From: Nannocystales bacterium
GTDB lineage: Bacteria; Myxococcota_A; Polyangia; Nannocystales; Nannocystaceae
Assembly: GCA_050633305.1 (NCBI GenBank)
Contig: JBOEGF010000002.1
Coordinates: 185,624 to 249,623 of the forward strand
Direction: 5' to 3'
DNA: 64,000 bases
Shown here in pieces: positions 38,072 to 48,353 of this stretch (positions within the stretch are counted from its first letter, which is position 1; every line of letters starts with the position of its first letter). The translations under genes were made by a program, and so were the position numbers. The notes under the pieces were generated by a model. It worked only from the letters and a program-made list of their open reading frames with translations. It was not told the DNA's origin and did not search any database.

Positions 38072-39548
38072 GCGACCTCGGCTCGATGTCCAGGTGCAAT
38101 CCCCCCTGGGGAGTCAGGCTCACGTGCGAGATGGGTCGGGGCATGTCGCCGGGCAAGGAGAGTGAGAACTCCGCCAAGACCCGCACGACGATCACCGCGA
38201 CCTCGACCGTCGCGAAGGTTTGCCCAACGCAACCGCGCTCGCCCTTGGAGAAGGGAACGTACGCGGACATCTGCGAGGCGGGGCACCCCGAGAACCGCTC
38301 GGGGCGAAACTCGAGCGGGTCCGACCAGTGCTCGGAGTCGCGATGCAAAACCCAGGTGGGCACAACGACGCTGGTGTTGGGTGGAACCCGATAGCCACTG
38401 AGCACGTCCTCCTGGAGAGTCCGCCTCGAAGACATCGCGATGACCGTGTACAGCCGGACCGCCTCCAAGATGGTGCAGTAGGTTTGGGGGTGGGTCTGCC
38501 GGAGCGTCGCCCAATCAACATCCAGACCCGCTGCATCGATCTCGGTGTGAAGCCGGGCCTGAATGGTGGGGTGCGCGGCGATGGTGGCAAAGACCCAGGC
38601 CAAGGTGTTGGCCGTCGTTTCGTAACCGGCGATCAGCAGCGTCACGACTTCGTCCCGCAACACTCGGTCGCTGAGCGGCTCGCCACTGTCAGGATCGACC
38701 CCGTGAACCAACTGATCGAGGATGCTCCTCGCCCCCTGCGGTGCCGGCGACTCCCGAGACGCTTCGATCAATCTGCCAACGATACGGTCCAAGTTGTCGC
38801 GGTGGCGATTGAACTTCCGGTTCACGGGGGTGGGCACCCAGTACGGCACCGGGAACAGCTGAAACATGTGGTCGTGGACCACCCCTGATGTGTATCGGAC
38901 TGCGTCATCGATCGCCGTCCCATCCTCGGGGCGGAGATTGGCGCCAAGCAGCGCCTTCCCGGCGATTTGGAACGTGATCGTCCGCATCGCTCGCCACACG
39001 TCGGTCTTCGAGCCGCCACCGGACTGCGCGACCTGGTTCCACTTCGCGACCAACGCATCGGCGTACTCGGCAAACACCGGCACGAAGCTCCGAACGGACC
39101 CCGCGCTCATGGCCTTGTTGACGACAGCCCGGCTCTTGGCCCACGAGCGCCGATCGTTGTTGGTCACCAGGCCATCGCCCATGACCACATTCATTTCTTC
39201 GGTCTGCGCCCCCTTGACGTAGTTGCGCTGGTTTTGAATGAGCACACGACCGACCGCGGCTGGCTCGTAGATGATCACCGTGCTGATCGGCCACGGGTAA
39301 CTCGCGATCGGGCCGTAGCGCTCGTGTGTGACCTCGAGCGCTCCCAGGCTGTCTCGCTGGAAGTGCCGCATCAGTCGGACGAACTCGAGCCCCCGTGGGC
39401 CGGGGATATGGCCCAGGTACGGAACACCCACCAACCGGTGGAACCAGCGAACGGCCCTGTCGAAGACCCTCCCGGCTGCGGAGCGGCGCACGAGCGCGGC
39501 GCCATCACCCGCGGAGGTCGCTAGCGCAGTCGGGTGCTCTCGCCCCAT
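38055..39548 (-). CDS. Cytochrome P450
   Basis: I-helix AGYETTA, EAVRLY (ExxR), FRPERF and heme motif FSKGERGCVG. Confidence 0.95.
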   Translation of the reverse strand: MGREHPTALATSAGDGAALVRRSAAGRVFDRAVRWFHRLVGVPYLGHIPGPRGLEFVRLMRHFQRDSLGALEVTHERYGPIASYPWPISTVIIYEPAAVGRVLIQNQRNYVKGAQTEEMNVVMGDGLVTNNDRRSWAKSRAVVNKAMSAGSVRSFVPVFAEYADALVAKWNQVAQSGGGSKTDVWRAMRTITFQIAGKALLGANLRPEDGTAIDDAVRYTSGVVHDHMFQLFPVPYWVPTPVNRKFNRHRDNLDRIVGRLIEASRESPAPQGARSILDQLVHGVDPDSGEPLSDRVLRDEVVTLLIAGYETTANTLAWVFATIAAHPTIQARLHTEIDAAGLDVDWATLRQTHPQTYCTILEAVRLYTVIAMSSRRTLQEDVLSGYRVPPNTSVVVPTWVLHRDSEHWSDPLEFRPERFSGCPASQMSAYVPFSKGERGCVGQTFATVEVAVIVVRVLAEFSLSLPGDMPRPISHVSLTPQGGLHLDIEPRSRAQAD

Positions 39549-40429
39549 ATTCCCCCGAGGTCGAAGTAGCGGCGTACAACGCCCGTTGGCCGGACAGCAC
39601 GCGCCCCTTCGGAGACCTGTTCTTGCGGTGGAATGGTCAGCATGGGCGCGCTCCGTTCATCCACCGTGCGGGGATCGATCAGCTTGGGCTGAAGGTGGTG
39701 ATTCTTGTGAAAGTAGCCGCCCATTGTCACCGCGTTCGCCACATCGTAGTAGAGGTTTCCGCTCAGGTTGACGATCTCGACCGAGCCGTCGTCCTGGTCG
39801 CGATGACACGCGTAGTTGATGTGGGCCAGGATCGCGACATCGCTGAGAATCGACGGGATGTAGAAAAGCAGGAACAGCTCGGGTCCGAAGACGAGGGCCC
39901 ACATCGCGACCCGCAGAATCACGTTGGCATTAAAGGCAACGAACTCCCCCCACCGAACGCGTTCGTAGCCAGGCGAGGCCCCGTGCACACTCGCCAGATA
40001 GGCTCGAGCGATCCTCGTGGGGTGGCGCAACGGCGAGATCAGATACTGGAAGAACGTCAGACCGCGCGGCGAAACGGGGTCGTGTTTTCGGTCGGTGTGG
40101 GAATGATGGAGCGTGTGAATGAGGACGAAGCTCGTGTACCCATATCCGAGGTACGCGCCAGCGAACTCCCCGATCACTCGGTTGCTTCGACCCGGGAAAT
40201 TGCTGTGCCCCGCGTTGTGGACCAGTGAAGCGACGAACCATCCGAAGGGAATCGCCACGACCACCGCGAGCGCGTGGGCAGGAACGAGGTCGAACGAGGT
40301 GAACGCCGTCCAGCGGAGCCATGCCAGAGGCGCCACGATCGAAAGCAGCTGCAGCGTTTCGAAGAAATAACGCCGCATCAAGAACTTGGCGTCGGCGCGG
40401 CAGCGCTGGAAGATCGCGGAAGCACGCAT
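39521..40429 (-). CDS. Membrane fatty acid desaturase family protein
   Basis: Three His boxes HNAGH, HTLHH and HKNHH with TM segments; RBS GAGGGGG. Confidence 0.88.
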   Translation of the reverse strand: MRASAIFQRCRADAKFLMRRYFFETLQLLSIVAPLAWLRWTAFTSFDLVPAHALAVVVAIPFGWFVASLVHNAGHSNFPGRSNRVIGEFAGAYLGYGYTSFVLIHTLHHSHTDRKHDPVSPRGLTFFQYLISPLRHPTRIARAYLASVHGASPGYERVRWGEFVAFNANVILRVAMWALVFGPELFLLFYIPSILSDVAILAHINYACHRDQDDGSVEIVNLSGNLYYDVANAVTMGGYFHKNHHLQPKLIDPRTVDERSAPMLTIPPQEQVSEGARAVRPTGVVRRYFDLGGIWGESTRLR

Positions 40430-40647
40430 CGAAGTCCCCCTCGCCGCCGATAGGGCCGCAAGGTCGAGGAATATAGCCGCGGCGTTTCTGAGTTCCAGGC
40501 AACAGGATCGCGAATCGACTTCGCAGCATTGCGATTCGGCGGTAGGTGGACCGAGGGAGGACTGCTACACCGCGATGCGACCGAGCGGTCCTCGCTCCGG
40601 CTCGCGGAGGCGTGGTTGAACTTCAACGCGCCCGTATATTCCCGGCC

Positions 40648-41595
40648 ATGACCTTCAGCCGTTTGCATGTTCCGTTGGGCCTACTGCTTGCCTTGAGCGC
40701 GTGCGGGGATGACGACAGCGCCCCCGCGGCAACAGGCTCCACCGGAGTCGATACCGAAAGCGACCCCGGGACCTCGAGCATCAGCGGAAGCCCGACCAGC
40801 ACCACGGACGCGGGGAGCTCGACCGGGCCCGGGCAAACGACGGATGCCGATGCGTCATCCGGGACAACGACGGAAGGTGGTGAGGAGTCCTCTTCGACTG
40901 GCTCTATCGCAGACCCCGAGCCGAGCTACTTTCGCATCACGTCGCTCAACATTCGAGACCCCCACTTCTTCGTCCTCATCGAGGACGTGACCGATGTGAT
41001 CAACGACTCCGTCAACGAAGGGCTCACCACCGACGACCCCGACCGCCCCGACGGAATGCTCGACCTCGGGTTTGTACTGTCGTTCGAACCGCTCGATCAA
41101 AGCGACGGAGCCAGCGCGGATTTCTCGCTGGTCAACGCCCAGTGCGTCTCCCCCGTCGCGGAGACGTCGTGCGACATCCTGCCGGGCACCCAGCTCTATC
41201 CGACGACCTACACCTCGTCCGCCGAAGGCGAGTGCTACGCGGCCACGCCCTCGAACCTCTCCGACTACGACGATCCACCAGCGGCTCCAACGCCGACCAC
41301 GGGACCGTGCTTCATCACCGCTCCGACCGACGTCTCGATCATCGCCGGGGCGGTCGAGCTGCCCCTTTCCAACGCGTTGGTGTCGGCCCGATTCGTCGGA
41401 GATCCGGCGGACAACATCGTCGAAGGCAACCTGGAAGGGTTCATCAGCATGCAAGACGCCGAGGAGACCGAAGTGTCGACGCCGCTGGGAGACTTCCAGC
41501 TTGACCGCTTCTTGGACGACGACGATGCCGACGGCGCGGGCTGGGTGTTCCACATCGCATTCACCGCCGAAGCCGTGGACTGGACCGGAAAGTAG
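40648..41595 (+). CDS. Hypothetical lipoprotein with S/T-rich linker
   Basis: LLLALSAC lipobox, linker and a Cys-containing domain starting FRI.SL.IRDPHF. Confidence 0.78.
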   Translation: MTFSRLHVPLGLLLALSACGDDDSAPAATGSTGVDTESDPGTSSISGSPTSTTDAGSSTGPGQTTDADASSGTTTEGGEESSSTGSIADPEPSYFRITSLNIRDPHFFVLIEDVTDVINDSVNEGLTTDDPDRPDGMLDLGFVLSFEPLDQSDGASADFSLVNAQCVSPVAETSCDILPGTQLYPTTYTSSAEGECYAATPSNLSDYDDPPAAPTPTTGPCFITAPTDVSIIAGAVELPLSNALVSARFVGDPADNIVEGNLEGFISMQDAEETEVSTPLGDFQLDRFLDDDDADGAGWVFHIAFTAEAVDWTGK

Positions 41596-41682
41596 CGCTC
41601 TCAGAGGACTCGCCTGAGCGGGCGTGCGGCGGCCGGACAAGCCCGCCGCACGACAGCGGGGTTCGCGTAATACTCTCGTGGC

Positions 41683-43590
41683 ATGTCCAAGGAGTCGCCT
41701 CGCGTCCCCGCGCCGCCCGCTGATGCGGGGACCGGCGACACCTCGATGCATCCGCTCGGCGGCGCGGACACGGTGGCAGGAGACTCGACTCTGCCTCCGA
41801 CGCCGCTCGACGCCAGCGAGCCAGGTGAGCGGTACCGTGACCAAGGCCGACTCGGTCGCGGGGGCATGGGGGAGGTGCGGCTGTGCACTGACGTGCGGAT
41901 CGGTCGCGAAGTTGCGCTCAAGGTCATCCGTGACGAACGCGCCGGACAACCTCAGGCACGCACGCGCTTCCTCAAGGAGGTGCGGGTGCAGGGACAGCTC
42001 GAACACCCGGCCGTAGTCCCGGTCTACGACCTCGACGCCACCAAGGGCGGTCGGCCGTACTTCACGATGCGGCGGATCGGCGGCAACACCCTCGCGGACA
42101 TCATCCGGATGGACGACGAGGAGGAGTTCTCGCGCCGGCGGCTCCTCTCCGCGTTCTCTCAGGTCTGCCTCGCGGTCGACTACGCCCACGAACGAGGCAT
42201 CGTCCACCGCGACCTCAAACCGTCCAACGTCATGCTCGGGGACTTCGGCGAGGTCTACGTGCTCGACTGGGGTCTGGCCAAGACCATGGACGAGGAGGAG
42301 CGCCTCCCAACCGAGGACCCCGTCTCCTTCGATGGCCTCGGAGGCTCCGGAGAGACCGTGGAAGGTGAGGTGCTGGGGACGCCGGGCTACATGGCGCCCG
42401 AGCAGCTCGACGGCGTCCACGGAAACGTCGGCCCGCACTCGGACATCTACGCCCTGGGGGCGCTCTTGTTCGAGCTGATGACGTGCGAACCGCTGCACCC
42501 ACGAAGCACACCGCAACACGCGATCGGTTCGACCATCGGGGGCGCCGACGCTCGAGCCCACGCCCGGTACCCGGATCGCCAGGTCCCACCGGAGCTCGAG
42601 GCGATCTGCGTGCGCGCGACCCAGTACGACGCCGCCGACCGCTTCACCAGCGCCAGGGAACTCCAGCTCGCTGTGGAGCGGTTCCTCGACGGCGACCGAG
42701 ATGCTCAGTTGCGCCGCGAACTGGCGCAGAGCTACCTCGACCAGGCTATGCAGGCGTTCGACAAGCTGGAGCGCGATGGTGCCGACGCCGCCGCGCAGCG
42801 CGATGTCACCAACATGATCTCGCGCGCGCTCGCGTTCGACCCCGAGAACGCAGAGGCCCGGACAGCACTGATGCACCTCCTCACCCGGCCGCCGTCCACC
42901 GTTCCGACGGAGGTCCGAGACCAGCTGGAATCGGGACGCAGAGACAGCGAACGGAAAGCCGCCCGCGGTGGGGTCTCGGCCTACCTCGCCTGGCTTCCTT
43001 TTGCGGGTGTCACCTTGATCATGGGCGTGCGCTCGTGGGGACTGCTGATCGCGATGCTGACGCTCATCGCATTGGGCGTGGTCACCTCGTACCTCGGTTC
43101 ACGCGCACGAAAGACCGATGGCTGGGCGACGGGATCGCTGATGATCAGCACAGTCACGCTCATCATGCTGAGCCGGTTGCTCGGCCCGCTCGTGCTCATT
43201 CCAGGGCTCGCAGGAGCCAACGCCGTCGCGTTCACCCAGCACGCCCGCGGGCGGCGGCGAATCGCCTATGTGTCGATCGCCGCGATGGCGGTGGTCGTTC
43301 CCCTGCTGTTCGAGGTCACGGGTCTATGGCCGCCGTCGTATGAGTTCACCGAAGCGGGCATGCTCATTGTCCCCCACTTTGCATCGCTGCCCACAGTCTC
43401 GACCCTGCTGCTCTTGGCTCTCGCCAGCATCACGACTGTGGTTCTGCCCGCGCTCCTCATGCGGGAGGCCCGGGACAGCGTGGAAGAGAGCCGGGAACAA
43501 CTCGCGGTCCAGGCTTGGCAACTACGCCAGCTCGTCCCCGACCGAGACGCGCGACTCAGTCGCACGGCCATGCCGACCCAGGCGGCGTGA
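41683..43590 (+). CDS. Serine/threonine protein kinase with C-terminal transmembrane segments
   Basis: LGRGGMGEV, VALK, HRDLKPSN, DWGLA and GTPGYMAPEQ; about 6 TM helices. Confidence 0.95.
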   Translation: MSKESPRVPAPPADAGTGDTSMHPLGGADTVAGDSTLPPTPLDASEPGERYRDQGRLGRGGMGEVRLCTDVRIGREVALKVIRDERAGQPQARTRFLKEVRVQGQLEHPAVVPVYDLDATKGGRPYFTMRRIGGNTLADIIRMDDEEEFSRRRLLSAFSQVCLAVDYAHERGIVHRDLKPSNVMLGDFGEVYVLDWGLAKTMDEEERLPTEDPVSFDGLGGSGETVEGEVLGTPGYMAPEQLDGVHGNVGPHSDIYALGALLFELMTCEPLHPRSTPQHAIGSTIGGADARAHARYPDRQVPPELEAICVRATQYDAADRFTSARELQLAVERFLDGDRDAQLRRELAQSYLDQAMQAFDKLERDGADAAAQRDVTNMISRALAFDPENAEARTALMHLLTRPPSTVPTEVRDQLESGRRDSERKAARGGVSAYLAWLPFAGVTLIMGVRSWGLLIAMLTLIALGVVTSYLGSRARKTDGWATGSLMISTVTLIMLSRLLGPLVLIPGLAGANAVAFTQHARGRRRIAYVSIAAMAVVVPLLFEVTGLWPPSYEFTEAGMLIVPHFASLPTVSTLLLLALASITTVVLPALLMREARDSVEESREQLAVQAWQLRQLVPDRDARLSRTAMPTQAA

Positions 43591-43645
43591 TTCGAGCGGT
43601 GCGCTTCCATGAAGCGAGCCATCCACTCGGCCTGAGCTCAGGCTC

Positions 43646-46627
43646 TCAACGCGCTGCGAGCCAGGCGTCGATATCCGCAGGGTGCAGCATCTGTCCGCCG
43701 CCGAGCTCCACCACGATGGCTCGGGCCGCCGTTGCAGATGCAACCGCGGCTTCATCCTCTCCGGCTGCGTCGAGCACCCGGGCGAGATCGAAACGTGCTT
43801 GGGCTTCCTGTTCGTCGGTACCCTCTGCAGTTTCAAACCCGGAGATCGCCTGTTCGAGTAGCTCCCGCGCCTTTTCAGGGTTGCCATCCCGGAGCCACGC
43901 ATCTCCCGCATGCGCGAGCGCGGTCGCAGTGTGGGGATGGTTTGGGCCAAACGTGACCTTCCAGATCTCGTGGGCCTGGGCGTAGAGTTCGACCGCGTCT
44001 GTGTAGCGACCCGACTCCAGCGCCACGTCGCCGAGGTTGTTCAACGCCGCACCGTAGCCAGGGTGCGACTCCCCCAGGGTCGCCGCGTAGATCGTCTTCG
44101 CCCGTCGGTACATCTTCTCGGCCTTTGGAAGATCGCCCACGATGAAGTGTTCCGTCCCGAGGTTCACCAAAGCCTCCCCCACGCTCGCGTGGTCGAGCCC
44201 ACGGACCGTCTCGCGAATCTTCAGACAACGCTCGAGCAATTCAATCGCCGCCTGCGAATCCCCGTTCGCCGACTTCGCAGCTGCCAAGTGAGAGAGCGTT
44301 TCCGCCTCCGCCATCGTGTCGGGCACCGTACTGCGCTTGATCTTCAGCGAGCGCTCGAGCAGCACCTCTGCCGCTTTGCTGTCGCCCAACATGTTGGAGA
44401 CCGCGGCCGCGTTGTCGAGGGACTGCGCCACTAGGGGATGCTCGCTGCCAAGTGCTTGTTCACGGCGTTGCAGGACGGCTTCAAACATCTCCTTCGCCCG
44501 CCGGAGTTCCCCATTCTTTGCGAGACCGGCCGCAAGGTTGCCCAAGGACGAGATCGCCAAGGGATGAAGCGCGCCCAGCTCGCGCTCACGGAACTCGGCC
44601 ACGTCTTCGAACAGCGCAAGCGCCTTCCCAACCTCGCCCTTCTCCATGTAGACCGCCCCGAGATTCCCCATCGTCGACGCTCGCTCGGGGTGGTCGAGGC
44701 CGAATGCCTCCGCACCCGCCTGCAGCGCTCGTTCGTGAAGCGCGATAGCTTCATCGTAGTTTCCAAGCGCCCGTTCGACGACCGCGAGGTTCGCAAGCCG
44801 CCCGGTTTCGTGAAGCCGCAGAGGATCACCACCAAGGGCGCTTGCGATCTCAGCGTGTCTGGCCCATGCAGCCCCCTCGGCAGGCCGGTCCAGCTTTGCG
44901 CCGAGCACGAACATCAACGACTCGGCAGCGAGCGCCGCGGTCGTCCAATCCTCGCCCGAAGCTGCAAGCGTGTACGCCTGCGAGGCTGCCTCTTCGGACT
45001 CGGCGTACGCACCCGCGTGGGCCTGGAGTCGCCCCTGTGCCACCAGGATCGTCGCATGCAGAGGTGAGTCGGGCTCGGTGTCCAGCAAGCGCTTCGCGTC
45101 CTCGAGCACGATCAACCCTTCAGCGTAGCTGCCGGTGTCGTCGAGGGCTCCTGCCTCCGCGAGCTTGTGGAAGACCGCGCGATAGTTCTCCCGCTGAGAG
45201 CCACTCGGGGGATCGCGACGTCGCCCGAGATTGTATGCATCTCCGCACACATCTACGGCTGGGAGCGAAGCCGCCATCGCGACGGCGCCATCGAGCGCAG
45301 CTGACTTTGGAGCCTGCATTCGCTCGAGCACCGCCTCGAACCCGAGTTGCCCCTCTGCGAGGCACCACCGCGCGCGCTCAGCAAGCTCCTCGTCCCATGC
45401 CCCATCGACCGAGTGGGCTGTGCAGCTCTGCGTCCGGACGCTTGCCCACGATTCCTTCCAGTCGTCCAGCCTTGGGAGGACGCGGTCTGCCGTCCCAGCT
45501 CCGTAGGGTGAACCGCTGGCTTCCAACGCGGTGCGAACCTTGCCCGCAACATCGTCGTTCCACACGTCGTCGAGTTCACGCCCCGCTGCTTCGCATCCCG
45601 CGACCGCAACCCGATGCTGGTACTCCACGAACCCAAACCCGCCCGCCACAGCGAGCATCCCTCCGCCCAATACCGCCGCGACTCGCCGGAGTCGAGCTTG
45701 CCGAAGGTTGGGCCTCAGTTGTTCGACCAACGCCCGCATTGAAGGCCAGCGCGCGCCGGGGTCAGCGCAAAGACCCCGACGCAACGCATCGGAGACCGAA
45801 CGCGACACCCCACTCACCGCCGGCCACGGCGGTGGTCCGTCCAGCTTCAACGCCTCCATGTCGTCGATAGGTCCGGTGGCCGAGAGCGACGAGACCTGGG
45901 TCGAGGGCGTCACACCGCCGCAACTGAACGGCAGCACGCCCGTCAGTGCCAGCCACGCCGTCACGCAGAACGAATACTGGTCGGTGCTCTCGTCTGCGCT
46001 TGCACCGGCGTGTTGCTCAGGCGCCATGAAAGCGAGCGTCCCAACCGGACGCTCCGTGCCTCCGCGTTCACCAGGAATTCGGAGCCGTGCGATCCCAAAG
46101 TCCGACACCTTGATGCCCACAGCCTCGCTTCGCAGGACATTGGCCGGCTTGATATCACCGTGCACGATCTCCGCGTCGTGGGCCGCAATGATGCCGCTGC
46201 AGACCTCGATCAGTGCCGCCACGATCGCCGCCACGCTCCCCGTCTCCCGCTGGCTCGCCGCAAACGCTTCGAGGTCTCCCCCGGCGACCAACTCCATCGC
46301 CATGTAGGCCTGCCCCTCGTGAAAGCCGACCTCGTACACCTCGAGCACGTTGGGATGGCTGACTTTCGCGAGCATCCGCCCCTCGCGAATCAGCGCCGAC
46401 TTGGTCTCCTCGCTTCCGTGGAGAAGCTTGATCGCGACCTTTCGATCGAGGACCGGATCGAAAGCGGAATAGACCTCGCCGCCACCGCCCCGACCCAGCG
46501 TTCCCAGCCGGACGTATCTGCCGATCAACGCCCCGCCCGGACTTGCACCGGAGTCTGGCACAGCTCCGCTCGCAGCTTCGAGGGGTCCGGTCGCAGGTAG
46601 CTCGTTCGGGCTCATCCGAGACTCCAT
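43646..46627 (-). CDS. Serine/threonine protein kinase with TM segment and TPR repeats
   Basis: LGRGGGGEV, HGDIKPAN, DFGIA and GTLAFMAPEQ; many LG..HP..A..L.NL TPR repeats. Start 46627 or 46615. Confidence 0.93.
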   Translation of the reverse strand: MESRMSPNELPATGPLEAASGAVPDSGASPGGALIGRYVRLGTLGRGGGGEVYSAFDPVLDRKVAIKLLHGSEETKSALIREGRMLAKVSHPNVLEVYEVGFHEGQAYMAMELVAGGDLEAFAASQRETGSVAAIVAALIEVCSGIIAAHDAEIVHGDIKPANVLRSEAVGIKVSDFGIARLRIPGERGGTERPVGTLAFMAPEQHAGASADESTDQYSFCVTAWLALTGVLPFSCGGVTPSTQVSSLSATGPIDDMEALKLDGPPPWPAVSGVSRSVSDALRRGLCADPGARWPSMRALVEQLRPNLRQARLRRVAAVLGGGMLAVAGGFGFVEYQHRVAVAGCEAAGRELDDVWNDDVAGKVRTALEASGSPYGAGTADRVLPRLDDWKESWASVRTQSCTAHSVDGAWDEELAERARWCLAEGQLGFEAVLERMQAPKSAALDGAVAMAASLPAVDVCGDAYNLGRRRDPPSGSQRENYRAVFHKLAEAGALDDTGSYAEGLIVLEDAKRLLDTEPDSPLHATILVAQGRLQAHAGAYAESEEAASQAYTLAASGEDWTTAALAAESLMFVLGAKLDRPAEGAAWARHAEIASALGGDPLRLHETGRLANLAVVERALGNYDEAIALHERALQAGAEAFGLDHPERASTMGNLGAVYMEKGEVGKALALFEDVAEFRERELGALHPLAISSLGNLAAGLAKNGELRRAKEMFEAVLQRREQALGSEHPLVAQSLDNAAAVSNMLGDSKAAEVLLERSLKIKRSTVPDTMAEAETLSHLAAAKSANGDSQAAIELLERCLKIRETVRGLDHASVGEALVNLGTEHFIVGDLPKAEKMYRRAKTIYAATLGESHPGYGAALNNLGDVALESGRYTDAVELYAQAHEIWKVTFGPNHPHTATALAHAGDAWLRDGNPEKARELLEQAISGFETAEGTDEQEAQARFDLARVLDAAGEDEAAVASATAARAIVVELGGGQMLHPADIDAWLAAR

Positions 46628-46940
46628 TCGTACACCACCGCTGAGTCCGAGCCCAGCGGGAGTGTATTCGTTCGCATACCCGGCGGTCCCAAGGAGAGTC
46701 GTGGCGATGACGGCAGCCCCAGGACGAGGGGTGCACCCCCCGCGCGAGTTTGCACCATCGCCCGCGCCAGTGGCCCTCATCCGCTTTCGTCGCGCGAGCC
46801 AGGAGGGCGCACGGGCCCCAGCAAGCCCCGCATCGGTGCGACTCGCCGGGCGGAAGAACGACGAGGGCGACATCGGCTGCGCCGCATCGGCACAGCACAA
46901 AATGCACGAGGCCATCCACGACCCGGACTAGGCATGGGTC

Positions 46941-48173
46941 ATGAACTCGCTCGCCCCAACTCGCCTTCCAACGCCGGCCGCCTCCTCCGCGTGGCACGGT
47001 CTCACACTCGGTCTTCTACTCAGCATCGGATGCGGGGACGACCTCGAGTCGTCTCAACGTCCAGCAAGCACGGGCGTGACTGCCGAATCCTCCACCACCG
47101 CAGGATCGACGACTGAAGCAACAGAAGACGAGTCCGGTGAAATAGCCCCGACTTCGAGCGCAAATACATCAGACTCGGGCCCGGCATCGTCGAGTTCGGA
47201 AACCACCGCCGCCGACAGCACCGGAGCGGACTCCGACGCCGAACTCGCCCTGTGGCCCGCAGCCTACCAAGCCTTCATCGCGGACGTCGGCGGATCCAAG
47301 TTCGTCGACATCGACGGCGCCAGCATGCACTACATCGACACAGGCGCCGCGACGGAAGACACGTACCTCCTCGTCCATGGAATCCCAACGCACACGTACC
47401 TATGGAGAGACGTCATCCCCCACCTCGTCGACAAGCGGGTGATCGCTGTCGACCTGGTTGGATTTGGCCGCTCCGATCGCCCGGACATCCCGTACTCCCC
47501 CGCGATTCAGGCGGAGTACCTGCACACATTCGTCGAAACTCTGGGGCTTACAGGCGTCCACTTGGTCGTCCAGGACCTCGGTGGGCCGGTTGGGCTGTCC
47601 TGGGCTTCCCAATCCCCCGAAAGGGTCGCGTCCATCACGATGTTCGAGACCCTCTGGTCGACCTTCCCCGGCGGGGTCGGCTCCATGCCCAATGACTTCG
47701 CCCAGTTCCTCACGGCGCTCCGGACTCCAGGGGTCGGCGAGAATCTCGCGGGTAGACAAGATGTCTTCGTCAACGGGATCCCCGGGCTTACGGTGTCGGG
47801 CGTCTCAGATGAAGACATGGACGTCTACCACTACCCCTGGCCGAACGCCGCAGATCGAGAAGCTGTATTTCTTCCCTCGGGACCGAGGGCCTTCCCGTTC
47901 CCCGAGGACCCCGGCGCGACCGCATTCTTCGCGGAGTATCAGGATTTCCTGTCGCGGACTTCCGTGCCCAAGCTCATCTTTGACGTGACGCCTGGCGCAC
48001 TCTCGGCGATTCATATGGAGTCCGGTTTGTCGACCCTTGGGTATGCTCAGTTCGCCCACGAGTCCTTCCCCGACAGCACAATCATCGAGATCGACCGGTC
48101 CGGACACTATGTCCAAGAAGACCGGGCCGCGTTGTTGGGCCAGCTTATTCACGACTTTGTAGCCGCGCTCTGA
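46941..48173 (+). CDS. Lipoprotein alpha/beta hydrolase (haloalkane-dehalogenase-like fold)
   Basis: LSIGC lipobox plus linker; HGIPT.TYLWR.VIP, DL.GFGRSD.P, QDLGG and GHYVQED. Confidence 0.85.
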   Translation: MNSLAPTRLPTPAASSAWHGLTLGLLLSIGCGDDLESSQRPASTGVTAESSTTAGSTTEATEDESGEIAPTSSANTSDSGPASSSSETTAADSTGADSDAELALWPAAYQAFIADVGGSKFVDIDGASMHYIDTGAATEDTYLLVHGIPTHTYLWRDVIPHLVDKRVIAVDLVGFGRSDRPDIPYSPAIQAEYLHTFVETLGLTGVHLVVQDLGGPVGLSWASQSPERVASITMFETLWSTFPGGVGSMPNDFAQFLTALRTPGVGENLAGRQDVFVNGIPGLTVSGVSDEDMDVYHYPWPNAADREAVFLPSGPRAFPFPEDPGATAFFAEYQDFLSRTSVPKLIFDVTPGALSAIHMESGLSTLGYAQFAHESFPDSTIIEIDRSGHYVQEDRAALLGQLIHDFVAAL

Positions 48174-48353
48174 GCAACACCGGTCGGGCGCTCGACAGGT
48201 TCCCAACGCCCGCGGGACGGTCCTTATCCCTTCCTCCGCTCTGCCGGGGCGCAACGCGTGGGCTGCCGCGAGGAGCTGCGCCCGCGCGCACTCACGACGG
48301 AAGCACAAAATGTCAGATCGTTCTCGCGGGGGCCTGAGACACTCGTCACCCGC

